Origin: a virus
Taxonomy: Duplodnaviria > Caudoviricetes
IMG/VR virus record: IMGVR_UViG_3300028832_000096
DNA length: 64,000 nucleotides
Strand: one strand, 5' to 3'
How positions within the stretch are numbered: the first letter of the stretch is position 1; each line of letters begins with the position of its first letter. The notes beneath the pieces were generated by a model that made no database searches, was not told the DNA's origin, and saw only the letters and a list, made by a program, of their open reading frames with translations. Positions 30,719 through 40,697 of this stretch are shown here, piece after piece. Position numbers and translations under genes: made by a program.

Positions 30719-30952
30719 TTAGCCTGTTGTTATAATATAGATATCGTCTAAATCTATCTTGAAGATAGGTTTAATTTCTTGTCCGCTTTCAGCTTCAAGA
30801 TACCAACCGCATACTGAGCGGTTACCTCCAAAGGAGTACCAGCCGAATCGTACTATCCAAACTTTAGCATTGAATCGGCCTATCTGAATTTTATTTCCTG
30901 GAGATATAGTTGTATTAGCATTAGGAACTTCTAATGTCATCTGTGTTGCCAT
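30719..30952 (-). CDS. Stand-alone GW-rich domain protein
   Basis: VPNANTTISPGNKI...WIVRFGWYSFGGN...GWYL, the domain repeated in 25334-26746. Confidence 0.7.
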   Translation of the reverse strand: MATQMTLEVPNANTTISPGNKIQIGRFNAKVWIVRFGWYSFGGNRSVCGWYLEAESGQEIKPIFKIDLDDIYIITTG

Positions 30953-30999
30953 AGTAATCTCCTTGATATTTGTATTTAATATGATTAAAGGTTGAATAC

Positions 31000-31037
31000 A
31001 GTAAAAACCTCGCCAAGTTCATTGACGAGATTTTTAC
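31000..31037 (-). terminator. Intrinsic terminator after ligase
   Basis: Minus strand AAAAATCTCGTCAA...TTGGCGAGGTTTTT. Confidence 0.7.
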
Positions 31038-31062
31038 CAAGAAGATAAGATATGGATAGAAG

Positions 31063-32958
31063 TTAGATGTTAAATTTAGCCCTAAATTCAGCTTCTGTGA
31101 GCTTAGGTATTCCGAGCTTGTCGGCCTTAGCATTCTTTGATGAACCAGAATTAGGATTATCTGTAATAAGGTACTGCGTATCTTTCTTCATATCATCAAG
31201 AACAAAGCCGTGTTCATTCAGAAGTTTTTCAAACTCTTTACGACTGATACTAAGTGAACCGGTTATTGCTACCTTAATTCTGTCATTATTTGAAGATTCA
31301 CTATCAAATACTATATTTTCTTTTATATATTTCAACCTCTTGAACTTATCTGAATGTCTAGCGATTGATTCTGCATTTGCATTGCCGAGTTTGTATGCAA
31401 GGTTATCAGGAATTTCTCCATCAATCAACTTGTCGATATCTTCAGGATAATGCGAAAGTAAATCAGCGGTAGCATCCCCAAGGCGAGGAATATTAAGGGC
31501 TTTGAGAGCAGATACTGCAGATACCTTATTGTGTCTCAGACCTTCGAGCATATTTAAGAAGAGATTGTATTGTGCACCCTCGCCAGGAAGACCAATTCCG
31601 ATAGAATAGAATCCTTCTATTGAAAGTTCAGAACCTGTAGTATTTGCCCATTCTTCAAAGAACTTGAGCTTAAGGGTATCACCAAGACCGTCTGTAGGGG
31701 CAATATTACTACACCATACAAGCAAGTCCTGAATCTGACTATCTTTGCAATCGGGATTAGGGCACTTAAGATGCACTCCGTCCCAAATCAATTCAGCGTC
31801 GCAACAAGGACAAACTGTAGGAAGTTCTGAAGTTGCAGGGATTACAGTTTCTTCGATTTTGGGAATTACCTCGCCACTCCTTGTTATTTTTATCTTTGCT
31901 CCGACACCCCACTTCTTATCAATAACCATTTTAGCGTTGCATCCAGCAGCTCTACTTACTGTAGCTCCTGAAAGTCTAACAGGCTCTACGAGAACTGTAG
32001 GGACAAGATATTTTGTTTTACTAAGGTTCCATTCAATACCTCTGATTACTGTTTCCTTAGTTTCTGCAGGGAACTTAAATGCAGTTGAATCGTAGTCTAT
32101 ATAAGCTCCGACATTCTGTGATACAAACTTAATATTATTAGAGGTAATAACAATTCCATCAGCAGGATACTGGTTGTACCAGCTATCTCTACATACTTTC
32201 ATATCATTCATGAACTGAGTATCATCAGTATAGGTGATTCCACCTATAGGTACTACATTGTCTTCTCCATAATTAGTTATAAGCCAACTATGCATTGATT
32301 GATAATCAGAAAAAGGATAAAGAGGGAATGGATATGACTGCATAGATTCAATGCCAATCACTCTATAGGTGATAATATCTAAATACTTAAGGTCATCGCT
32401 AACCTCGTTCATTCCCATTAATCCTGCAGTGCTATTTCTAGCGTTTTCTGCATTTTCTCTAGTAGCTGAAAATTCATCGAACTTTGCAAAGGACATAAGA
32501 ATTTCTCCTCTTACTGCTCCGGTGAATTCTTTATCGGCTATCTGAAAATAACTAGGAGCGATTTTCTTAACCTTATTAGTGATGTCGATTCCGATGTTAT
32601 CACTTCCTCTAGTTAAAGCCTGATACATGATGCCATTTCTATAATACATTACGCAGCTTATACCATCTAACTTAAGAGATGTGCATACTGCGATATTTCT
32701 AAGTGACTTAGGAAATTCATTCCAATCGTGGCACTTAGGCAAACTTCCTACTATTCCATATCTGTGCTGAAATTTCTGACCTGAAGTAAGGTTCACATCA
32801 TATCCATGACCAACACCAAGCAATGGTGAGTTAGGATTTTCAGCTCTTTCCTCTTCGAGCAATGCATCAAACTCTGCATCTGTAAGAGGAGATGTTCCGT
32901 TTGAATAATAGGCCTGTGATGCCTTCTTGATAAGTTCCTGTCTTGATACGCTATCCAT
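31063..32958 (-). CDS. ligA: NAD-dependent DNA ligase
   Basis: Domain Ia YY...TDAEFD, KLDG, TRG, VRGE, DGIV, AFKF, RSGEVIPK, Zn finger, C-terminal BRCT. Confidence 0.93.
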   Translation of the reverse strand: MDSVSRQELIKKASQAYYSNGTSPLTDAEFDALLEEERAENPNSPLLGVGHGYDVNLTSGQKFQHRYGIVGSLPKCHDWNEFPKSLRNIAVCTSLKLDGISCVMYYRNGIMYQALTRGSDNIGIDITNKVKKIAPSYFQIADKEFTGAVRGEILMSFAKFDEFSATRENAENARNSTAGLMGMNEVSDDLKYLDIITYRVIGIESMQSYPFPLYPFSDYQSMHSWLITNYGEDNVVPIGGITYTDDTQFMNDMKVCRDSWYNQYPADGIVITSNNIKFVSQNVGAYIDYDSTAFKFPAETKETVIRGIEWNLSKTKYLVPTVLVEPVRLSGATVSRAAGCNAKMVIDKKWGVGAKIKITRSGEVIPKIEETVIPATSELPTVCPCCDAELIWDGVHLKCPNPDCKDSQIQDLLVWCSNIAPTDGLGDTLKLKFFEEWANTTGSELSIEGFYSIGIGLPGEGAQYNLFLNMLEGLRHNKVSAVSALKALNIPRLGDATADLLSHYPEDIDKLIDGEIPDNLAYKLGNANAESIARHSDKFKRLKYIKENIVFDSESSNNDRIKVAITGSLSISRKEFEKLLNEHGFVLDDMKKDTQYLITDNPNSGSSKNAKADKLGIPKLTEAEFRAKFNI

Positions 32959-32969
32959 ATTGTTCTCCT

Positions 32970-33200
32970 TTATAAATCTCTTATCTGGTTATCTAAATCT
33001 AATATAATTTCTACATACATCAGCAATTCGTCTGAGGGAGTGCTGCTCCAAGTGTCATCTGCAATTCTATAAGCAACTTCAAGTATTCTAAAAGCACCTC
33101 TGTGATTTAAGTGTATTATTTCATCTTTGCGCGGAATCACCGATGATTCGTATCGAACGAAAGGATTTTCATATCTATCGCAAATAACGATATTAGCCAT
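32970..33200 (-). CDS. Hypothetical protein
   Basis: AGGAGG RBS; AATCGTTAT motif upstream. Confidence 0.7.
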   Translation of the reverse strand: MANIVICDRYENPFVRYESSVIPRKDEIIHLNHRGAFRILEVAYRIADDTWSSTPSDELLMYVEIILDLDNQIRDL

Positions 33201-33239
33201 TTCTTATGTCCTCCTATATGTACTATAACGATTCGCAAT

Positions 33240-33332
33240 AAAATATCTCGCAAGTAGATGGGAACTTGCGAGATATCGGCGCAGGAGGTCTGAACCATAA
33301 ATGTCACAGCTATTTGGGTTCATATGTGACTG
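33240..33332 (-). ncRNA. Putative small RNA: H-type pseudoknot, CCUCCU and terminator
   Basis: Downstream of AACCTT (33344); interleaved stems GUCACA/UGUGAC and UGAACC/GGUUCA; 13-bp terminator stem; no ORF. Confidence 0.45.
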
Positions 33333-33350
33333 CAATAATAATTAAGGTTG

Positions 33351-35150
33351 TTAAATCAGAATCATTATATCTCTGGCTTTTTCACAGTCCTTAACTCCTG
33401 CGAACACAAACTGAATATCAGTTAACTGACGCAGTGCAGTAAATGTGCTTTCAATAGATTCGGAATCCAGATGGTCAAACATATCGTCACAGAGCATCAA
33501 CTTGAGTGGTGATTTGTTATTATGTGTAATACATATCATTAATGCAAGTGTGTAAAGGCACTTTTCACCGGACGACAACAAGTCATAAGGAATATAGATA
33601 CCATCTCTGATTAGTCCAAAGCTGAAAGAATTCGCTTTGTTAGATATATTGAAATGTGCTTTGAGCTTGTCGTTTCCATACATCTGCTGAATATAGCCGG
33701 TCATTGTTTTTGCTAGTTCATCAAACGGTGCTATCATGAGTGTAGTCTGCAAGCCGTTAGTATCTGTTTTCTTAACCCAGTTTGCTAATGCCTGTCCTTG
33801 CAATTCTGCTTCAAACTTCAACTTTGTTATAGTGTCGATAGTTTCGTTGTACTTGATGTTTGCTTCAAGCTTTGTTTTGCTATTAGTGAGATTAGTTATT
33901 TCTATGTCTAAGTCCATAACAGACTTTTCTGTGTTAGGCTTCTGAGGAAGGTCTCCCATTGTCTTCTGAATAGTTACTAACCTGTTCCAAGTTGTCTGGA
34001 AGTCCTGAATCTTAGATTCGGTTTGCCTAATGCTTATCTGAATTGAATTCAGTTCTGTATTCAATTTGTCTAATTCTGCACTAGACTCTAACATAGCTGC
34101 TTTTCGCTCAACTGCTTCATTGCGTAATACATCAATTTTGTTAGCAATGGATTTACATTCTTCCTTAGTGTAAGGACATACTCCCTTGCTGTTGATTATA
34201 GAAGTGGAAGCCTGGTCCAATGCTTTACTTGCAGCAATTTCATTATTCTTTTCAGCGACCTTAGCGGAAATTGTAGAATACTGCTGCTTCAATTCAGCAA
34301 GTGAAAGCGTAAGTGAATCATATCCGTTCTTGCCTCCAAGGTCATTGATGTCCTTTTCAAGTCGAGCATACTCGTCTTTAGCAGCTCTAGTAGCATTCTC
34401 CGCTGATGTATACTTAATTAACTGGTCTCTGATTGCATTAAGCGAAAGCAAATTAGATTCAATCTCCTGAAGATTTGTAGGACCTACATAATCATCATAA
34501 TAGATGAGGGAATCTATTGTGTTTTGCAACCTCTGCAATTCTGACTTGTTGAATGACTGCTCTGCTTTGAATTTTTCATTAGCAGCAATTACCTGGTCAA
34601 GAACGCTATCACTTGGCAGGTCTTTAATAAGTCCCATACCATAATCAATGATTTCATCTCTATCTTGGAAGTTACAATCAAGTATACTTTCAGTAAGAAT
34701 CTGATGCCAATCTATTGAACCATTTGATGTAGGCAAAATGTTTTTGATAAAGTATTCTTTTAGCTTATTAGCGGTCTGCCCTACAAATTCATTAAAGTTG
34801 AAAATAGGAATTTCAAGTTCAGAAATAACATCAATAAGGTTAAAATCACTAGGAATTGTCGAAACCTTAGTAGCCTTTTCGTCAATAGCTCTTTCAATAA
34901 CAACATCGTTGTCATTAGCTGATAATGTAAGGCGAACTACTATCTTTCTTCTAGGTGAATGTCTCAGTAATGCTTCTCTTGAATTCTTAGCTGTTCCTGG
35001 AATATATCCAAGCAAAGCAAGCTGAATTGCTTGCAATACTGTAGATTTTCCAACACCATTGCGACCAAATAAATAAGCAATATCACCAAATTGATACGTC
35101 TTATTGACCGCATTGTGTAAGCCGTCTATATAAATTGATTTGATTTTCAT
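33351..35150 (-). CDS. SbcC/Rad50-like SMC ATPase
   Basis: Walker A GRNGVGKS, long coiled coil with central CPYTKEEC, LSSGE signature, CDD...HLD. Confidence 0.85.
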   Translation of the reverse strand: MKIKSIYIDGLHNAVNKTYQFGDIAYLFGRNGVGKSTVLQAIQLALLGYIPGTAKNSREALLRHSPRRKIVVRLTLSANDNDVVIERAIDEKATKVSTIPSDFNLIDVISELEIPIFNFNEFVGQTANKLKEYFIKNILPTSNGSIDWHQILTESILDCNFQDRDEIIDYGMGLIKDLPSDSVLDQVIAANEKFKAEQSFNKSELQRLQNTIDSLIYYDDYVGPTNLQEIESNLLSLNAIRDQLIKYTSAENATRAAKDEYARLEKDINDLGGKNGYDSLTLSLAELKQQYSTISAKVAEKNNEIAASKALDQASTSIINSKGVCPYTKEECKSIANKIDVLRNEAVERKAAMLESSAELDKLNTELNSIQISIRQTESKIQDFQTTWNRLVTIQKTMGDLPQKPNTEKSVMDLDIEITNLTNSKTKLEANIKYNETIDTITKLKFEAELQGQALANWVKKTDTNGLQTTLMIAPFDELAKTMTGYIQQMYGNDKLKAHFNISNKANSFSFGLIRDGIYIPYDLLSSGEKCLYTLALMICITHNNKSPLKLMLCDDMFDHLDSESIESTFTALRQLTDIQFVFAGVKDCEKARDIMILI

Positions 35151-35364
35151 TCGGTACCTCCGTCAATTTGAACTGTGTTGTAAAATTAGTGCCACAAAAC
35201 TTGCAACTACCACTACCATATTTAAGCTCTAACTGACCTCCACATTTAGGGCAGGTCATAGCGTACACTTCAACTACTTCGCACTGAAGCTTATACCGCT
35301 TACCGTCAGGAGTGCATACTGTATTAATGTAACCGTCAAATTCTTTACCATCTTTATCAATCAT
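35101..35364 (-). CDS. Small Zn-ribbon protein
   Basis: CPKC...CKFC. Confidence 0.6.
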   Translation of the reverse strand: MIDKDGKEFDGYINTVCTPDGKRYKLQCEVVEVYAMTCPKCGGQLELKYGSGSCKFCGTNFTTQFKLTEVPNENQINLYRRLTQCGQ

Positions 35365-35681
35365 CTTAGTACATCCTCAATAGGCAGACCTACGCGAATA
35401 CCGCAATTAGGACAAAATTTAGAACCTCTAGCTGCGTTAGCTTTTTTACATTTAGGACAGATATACTGAGTCCCACCTCTGTCTGTTTTAACTACCTCCC
35501 AAGATAGCCAAGTACTATTTACAGCATCGTTCATCTTTTTCCAGCAGTCATCACAAGCTGTATAGATAGGACCTATGCTATCTAATACTAAAGGAGCTAA
35601 TCCTTTACAGTAACCGATACAGTGATAATATGAATTAAGCTTTAACTCAGTGTGACAATAATCACAATGTATAGCAATCAT
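35361..35681 (-). CDS. Zn-ribbon protein
   Basis: CDYC, CDDC, CPKC, CPNC. Confidence 0.65.
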   Translation of the reverse strand: MIAIHCDYCHTELKLNSYYHCIGYCKGLAPLVLDSIGPIYTACDDCWKKMNDAVNSTWLSWEVVKTDRGGTQYICPKCKKANAARGSKFCPNCGIRVGLPIEDVLR

Positions 35682-35842
35682 ATACTACCTCCGTGATTGT
35701 TTTTGGTTGGAATACTTCTACCCAACTCATCAGCAAGCTCCTTGCACTGCTTTTTAAATTCTTCAGGGTCACTGCTTGCCTTATTGCCGGTCAAGTATTC
35801 ATAGAGTTCAATTCTGAAAGCCTCATCAGCATCTGGATACAT
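35678..35842 (-). CDS. Small hypothetical protein (not in ORF track)
   Basis: MYPDADEAFRIELYEY... 54 aa, coupled at both ends to neighbours. Confidence 0.55.
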   Translation of the reverse strand: MYPDADEAFRIELYEYLTGNKASSDPEEFKKQCKELADELGRSIPTKNNHGGSI

Positions 35843-36168
35843 TATGCTACCTCGTTGTATAATCTAACTTTACTTCTATCTTTATTAAACTCTAAAAACA
35901 TATGTGTTTCAGGGTCATGCAGTGTAATTGTAGAATAGTCGTCCAAGATAATGTTATTGTCCAATCTAACAAAACGATTCAAAGGAATCATAACATTATT
36001 TATTTTGAACCAGGTCATATTAAGTTTGTCGGAATCACTGTTATAGTTGTCTGCAAATTCAGCGAATCTATTTTTTCTAGATACGATAGTATACTCTACA
36101 GAATTCCATCTGCTAGCCCGCTCGAATTTTCTGCCACTATTTCTTTCAACAAGAACTTTACCCAACAC
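35842..36168 (-). CDS. Hypothetical protein
   Basis: AGGAGG RBS. Confidence 0.65.
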   Translation of the reverse strand: MLGKVLVERNSGRKFERASRWNSVEYTIVSRKNRFAEFADNYNSDSDKLNMTWFKINNVMIPLNRFVRLDNNIILDDYSTITLHDPETHMFLEFNKDRSKVRLYNEVA

Positions 36169-36179
36169 AAGTTACCTCC

Positions 36180-36803
36180 TTAGTCACCAAATGTGCCTTC
36201 CATGATAGTGAGATTAATCCCGCGATGAATAAGTGTTTCCCAATCGCACGCAATAAATACTGCACCACCCTGACTGTTTCTCCTTATATCTAATTCTCCG
36301 ATAGATGTATCGTATCTGAGCATATCAAAGAAATCTTCTTCGTCTTTAAATGTTCTTGAAGACAACTGGTCTTTGATGTAATTGAACAATTCTACTGTTC
36401 TTATAACACCGACTGTACACTGAATTAATCCATTTACAGGAAATACATAGGCCTGTATAGTCCAAGTAGGATACATATCTCCATTCTGTATAGCTAACAG
36501 ACGCTTTTTTAATTCTGTATCAAAATTACCTCTATCTGTCAAAGCCCTAACAGTAAACGTATGCCAACAAGGACCATGCTGAATTCTGCTTGCAATTCCT
36601 TGAACTGTTTGATGCTGCTTGTCGATAGTTACCATATCAATTCCAGCAAACTGGTCCATCTTTGCTTTCAAGTCATCGCTATCTCCTTCGCAAACAACTA
36701 CATATGAATCTTTTGGGTCAAACATACCTGAATCATATAACTGCGGTTCTACATACTTTTGAAAATCTGCTGTAGCAGCTGTTAACTTATCTAATGTAAA
36801 CAT
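36180..36803 (-). CDS. Hypothetical protein (possible restriction-endonuclease-like fold)
   Basis: GID...GIASRIQ pattern only weakly suggestive. Confidence 0.55.
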   Translation of the reverse strand: MFTLDKLTAATADFQKYVEPQLYDSGMFDPKDSYVVVCEGDSDDLKAKMDQFAGIDMVTIDKQHQTVQGIASRIQHGPCWHTFTVRALTDRGNFDTELKKRLLAIQNGDMYPTWTIQAYVFPVNGLIQCTVGVIRTVELFNYIKDQLSSRTFKDEEDFFDMLRYDTSIGELDIRRNSQGGAVFIACDWETLIHRGINLTIMEGTFGD

Positions 36804-36811
36804 CTATCACC

Positions 36812-38410
36812 TCAAAACCATTTGGCTATCTTATACACATATAAACGATTCTTAGCTCGTGTAATCGCTACATAGTAAAGATTACTCATCTCTTCACTGC
36901 TGTCGATTTGGAATGAATACGAACCAACATTCATAACGAATACATTATCATATTCCAGACCCTTTACAGAGTGTATAGTTCCTACATAAAGCTCAGACGA
37001 TTTGATTTCGGTAGCAGTTTCTTTGATATAATCTAAGAAATCTCGTCCAAACAATTCTTTATCTGGAACAGCGATACCTTTTACTTTAAGTAATTCCTCA
37101 GCTTCTTTAATCTTCTTAGCAATAGGCTTCGGGTCAGTTGCAATTGTTCTCAACTTGTTTATTTTCTTAGCATCGCTATCTATCTTAGTATTGTTGCCAT
37201 AAGTCTTAAGGAACCAATTGATGTCAGGAGCGCGCTGTGCTGATAACCTGATATACTCACCATACTTGTTAGATGTAAGATAGGAAGCTAACCAACCAAT
37301 CATGTATTCATCTGAAACAGCGCATTCAAGTAGATGTACTGTTTTAGTGTCTCGGCTTGAAGTATATTCGACATCATTTTTATTAAGATAAGAAGTTACT
37401 TCACTAAGCTCTTTATTAGTTCTTACAAGAATTGCAGAAGTTCCTGAAAGATTAGAAAGTTCTTTTAATACATCATCAATGCTATCTGTATTAATTGCTT
37501 CATATCTAGAAGGACCATCGACTATCTTAGTTACTACCTTTTCACCATCTCTAGTTCCTTTCATCTCAATGCGGTAAGAATCATCAGCATAACTTGCACT
37601 GAATGTATTTGCAAATTCACATATCTGATTTGTGGAACGATAGTTAGTGAAGAGTGTTATTTTCTCCCAACCTTCACTTCCTGAAAGGGCCTTGATATAG
37701 GTATTATCAGTGCCGCGGAAAGAATAAATGTTCTGCAAAGTATCTCCAACGAAGAAGAAATTTGTATCAGTAAATGAATTAAGGAACTTAATCTGATGTG
37801 CATCTGTATCCTGGAACTCATCTACAAATATGTATTTATACTGCATCTTGTAAGGTTTTGTAGAAATATGGTCAGCAGCAAACAGGTCTGCAACCTCACT
37901 ATTGAGTTTGTCAAATGTTATCAAGTTATCTTGACGAAGCAATCTGTAAACTGCTTTATCAAACAACTCAGCTTGGAACTGTTCCTTCTTAGACAACGCA
38001 TCTCTATGTGCTAACTGGTCGGAAGATAAAGTAATCTTGCACTGTGCTTTTGCTTTTTCAATTATCTCTTTTTCTTGAGCTTCCGATGCAATGTCCGGAA
38101 TACTCTCATAACCTAATCCAGAACGAATTGCAGGGTCTTTGCAAACAATTGAATAGCAGAATGAGTGAAATGTCCTGAATTCAGGCGTTAGCTGACCTAC
38201 ATGCTTAGTTTCGTATCTTTCACGCATCTCAGCACCTGCAGCATTTGTAAATGTTAACGCCAAAATAGCAGATGGAAGAACTCCATCGTCAACTAACTTA
38301 GATATTCTTTCGAGAAGAGTGAAACTTTTTCCGGCACCTGCTCCTGCCAAACAAAGTATTCTATCTGACTTAGAATTTATCGCCTGTAATTGTTCTTTAT
38401 TTGCGCCCAT
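36812..38410 (-). CDS. UvrD/Rep family SF1 helicase
   Basis: AGAGAGKS, LTFTN, TFHSF, VDEFQD, VGD..QNIYSFRG, NYRS, TIHSVKGLE, YVAITRA. Confidence 0.93.
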   Translation of the reverse strand: MGANKEQLQAINSKSDRILCLAGAGAGKSFTLLERISKLVDDGVLPSAILALTFTNAAGAEMRERYETKHVGQLTPEFRTFHSFCYSIVCKDPAIRSGLGYESIPDIASEAQEKEIIEKAKAQCKITLSSDQLAHRDALSKKEQFQAELFDKAVYRLLRQDNLITFDKLNSEVADLFAADHISTKPYKMQYKYIFVDEFQDTDAHQIKFLNSFTDTNFFFVGDTLQNIYSFRGTDNTYIKALSGSEGWEKITLFTNYRSTNQICEFANTFSASYADDSYRIEMKGTRDGEKVVTKIVDGPSRYEAINTDSIDDVLKELSNLSGTSAILVRTNKELSEVTSYLNKNDVEYTSSRDTKTVHLLECAVSDEYMIGWLASYLTSNKYGEYIRLSAQRAPDINWFLKTYGNNTKIDSDAKKINKLRTIATDPKPIAKKIKEAEELLKVKGIAVPDKELFGRDFLDYIKETATEIKSSELYVGTIHSVKGLEYDNVFVMNVGSYSFQIDSSEEMSNLYYVAITRAKNRLYVYKIAKWF

Positions 38411-38855
38411 TAGGGACCTCCAACTTCATTAATGCTCCGCAGTTTTCGCACTTTGGAGTATATCCTTCTTTATCTGTAGTATAATGAGTTCCACAACAAG
38501 GGCATACATATTCTCTTACAAGAGGATTGGTTACTTGTGCATCATCTTCAGGCGAACCTTCTTTAAGATAGTAATCTACCTCTGCGTGAAATCTATTAAC
38601 AATAACATCTATTGGCGCATCGCCAAATGTAAATTCTCTACCGTCAATTGCAAAAGAGAGTTTTACAGGTGCGTGGTATATTACATCTAATAACTGCCCA
38701 CGTTCACCTCGTATAGGTTCCTCATACAAATCTTTATAAGCTAAACAATATAACCCATCGATTGAATAATCTGAGCAAACATCCTTGATATAAAATCCTT
38801 TATATTTCAAGTTACGCCAATTTATCGTTCTTATAGAGTTGTCAAATACATTCAT
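38397..38855 (-). CDS. Hypothetical protein with C-terminal Zn ribbon
   Basis: CPCC...CENC. Confidence 0.65.
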   Translation of the reverse strand: MNVFDNSIRTINWRNLKYKGFYIKDVCSDYSIDGLYCLAYKDLYEEPIRGERGQLLDVIYHAPVKLSFAIDGREFTFGDAPIDVIVNRFHAEVDYYLKEGSPEDDAQVTNPLVREYVCPCCGTHYTTDKEGYTPKCENCGALMKLEVPNGRK

Positions 38856-38857
38856 TA

Positions 38858-39169
38858 TTATGCCTCAAACCCTGTTTTGCTATTGAATAATTCTGTATAG
38901 TTACTAACGATATAGTACGACCTATTTTCTTCAGGTTCGTAATATCTTGAACCGGGTGCGCTTCCATATATCCAAGTTCTTGCAACAATGCTATAAGGCC
39001 ATCTATTTGCAAGCTCAAAATCATTAAATGTAACAAGTGGAGGGTCACAGGTCTGCATAACATTGCTGTCCAGATTACGAGGATAGTTATCAAGAAACTT
39101 GTCAAACTCCTCTTTAGTTACTCTAATTTCATTAGGCTCTGCAGTATAAAACAATTTCCTATCTAACAT
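38858..39169 (-). CDS. Hypothetical protein
   Basis: Fits gene packing. Confidence 0.6.
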   Translation of the reverse strand: MLDRKLFYTAEPNEIRVTKEEFDKFLDNYPRNLDSNVMQTCDPPLVTFNDFELANRWPYSIVARTWIYGSAPGSRYYEPEENRSYYIVSNYTELFNSKTGFEA

Positions 39170-39170
39170 A

Positions 39171-39356
39171 TTAATCCTTTTTATTATTTGTAATATTTAA
39201 AGACAATAAAAGTATATCATAACACTTGGTACAGCAATGTGCAGTGATATCGGGAGTATCACCAAAATCACTATCGATATGTATTGTGAAATATAATTTA
39301 TGTCGCGTGGTTCTTTTTAATTCTTCACCACATAAAATACAAACTGCATTATTCAT
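39171..39356 (-). CDS. Small Cys-containing protein
   Basis: CILC...CCTKC. Confidence 0.55.
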   Translation of the reverse strand: MNNAVCILCGEELKRTTRHKLYFTIHIDSDFGDTPDITAHCCTKCYDILLLSLNITNNKKD

Positions 39357-39361
39357 AATAT

Positions 39362-40018
39362 TTAGTTTTCCTTTTTAATACCTCGCATCTTATCTTTGGT
39401 CTTCCTAGAATTTAAGATATATTCCTTGTAGTCCTCATAGGAATTAAACTTGAGCTCTTTTCCGCTGGTTATGTTAATGTTAACGATTCTATCATCGTTA
39501 CACCATTCATAATTGTTTGCAGCAATTACTACATATAAATCAACATTGAAGCGTTCTTTAGCATCAGGAATAACTACATCTAGAAATAGCCCTTTGATTT
39601 CTGCTATCTCGTCTACTGACATACCAGAATCAATCGCATCTAAAAGCAGAAAAGCGGGTTTGTCCTTATTTTCTTTAAAGAACGACGGAAGGGCAACAAC
39701 GACTTTTTCAAGTCCGCATACAATTCGTTCACCTTCAGAAGATAAGACCATTCTCGCAAGCCCATAGATATCGTCATCGACATTAAGCATGCGGTCCATT
39801 AACATTGAACCGCCCTGTCTTCTATCATTATATGTGTAATACTCAATATTAGCTTTGCGTAACTGCGGAACTAAGAAACAATCTATTAAGGTTGATTTAC
39901 CGCTTCCATTGCAACCAACTAAACTAGTAAGGCCAGGACGCAGAATAAATTCCTTGCGGCTATACAACTTCATATCATCAAAAGGTTTAGTATGAACAGT
40001 TATTTTGAATTCAGTCAT
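39362..40018 (-). CDS. ABC/AAA-type ATPase
   Basis: GCNGSGKST Walker A, SSEGE, LLLDAIDSG Walker B. Confidence 0.8.
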   Translation of the reverse strand: MTEFKITVHTKPFDDMKLYSRKEFILRPGLTSLVGCNGSGKSTLIDCFLVPQLRKANIEYYTYNDRRQGGSMLMDRMLNVDDDIYGLARMVLSSEGERIVCGLEKVVVALPSFFKENKDKPAFLLLDAIDSGMSVDEIAEIKGLFLDVVIPDAKERFNVDLYVVIAANNYEWCNDDRIVNINITSGKELKFNSYEDYKEYILNSRKTKDKMRGIKKEN

Positions 40019-40223
40019 TGTCTTTTTCCTCTAATCCAGTTATTTCATAATCATATAGCTGAAAATCGCTTCTACAATAACCTTCGCCTTCTATCATAAG
40101 ACATCTTGCGTGCTCTCTTTGTTCTGCATTAAACGAAGTATACTGAGCTATGCTGAAAGCAATTTGAAGTCTAAGGTCAGGATTATCAACATTCTTATAC
40201 CGCTCAATTATTATTCCCTTCAT
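40011..40223 (-). CDS. Hypothetical protein
   Basis: Gene packing, RBS. Confidence 0.55.
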   Translation of the reverse strand: MKGIIIERYKNVDNPDLRLQIAFSIAQYTSFNAEQREHARCLMIEGEGYCRSDFQLYDYEITGLEEKDND

Positions 40224-40240
40224 CTGCCATGCAGTACTCC

Positions 40241-40474
40241 TTATTCTAAATATATTGATGTAAGTAGTTTCCAGACAAACTGTAAAAGGCTCATAACTAA
40301 GAAGAATAGAGCTAATGCTTCAGTATAACCTATTACTTCGGCAAGTACACACCAAAGCACTGTTATCACTAATGCAGAAACAATCTCTACAGGGTCATAG
40401 GTTTCATCCATGCGGGGACTGTTTATAGGTTCAGCTGTGATGTCAAATTTGAATATCTTTTTCATATCAATCAA
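40241..40474 (-). CDS. Small two-TM membrane protein
   Basis: Two hydrophobic segments. Confidence 0.55.
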   Translation of the reverse strand: MIDMKKIFKFDITAEPINSPRMDETYDPVEIVSALVITVLWCVLAEVIGYTEALALFFLVMSLLQFVWKLLTSIYLE

Positions 40475-40697
40475 ATATGTCCATTAGCTTTTCTATCAAC
40501 GGAATTTCTCTACCCCACACTGAATAGAAATCATATCCGCTAATACCTAAGCGAGATATTTCAGAACAAGTAATTACAACTTCATGAGTATAACTATATA
40601 CTCTAGCAATATCTTCTGCGTTATGCTTTCCAAAATAGGTTCCTATAAGCTGGAATTCAGGCTTGTTAGCCATATAAGAATCTGAATACATAGGCAT
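40467..40697 (-). CDS. Hypothetical protein
   Basis: Coupled to neighbours. Confidence 0.55.
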   Translation of the reverse strand: MPMYSDSYMANKPEFQLIGTYFGKHNAEDIARVYSYTHEVVITCSEISRLGISGYDFYSVWGREIPLIEKLMDIFD

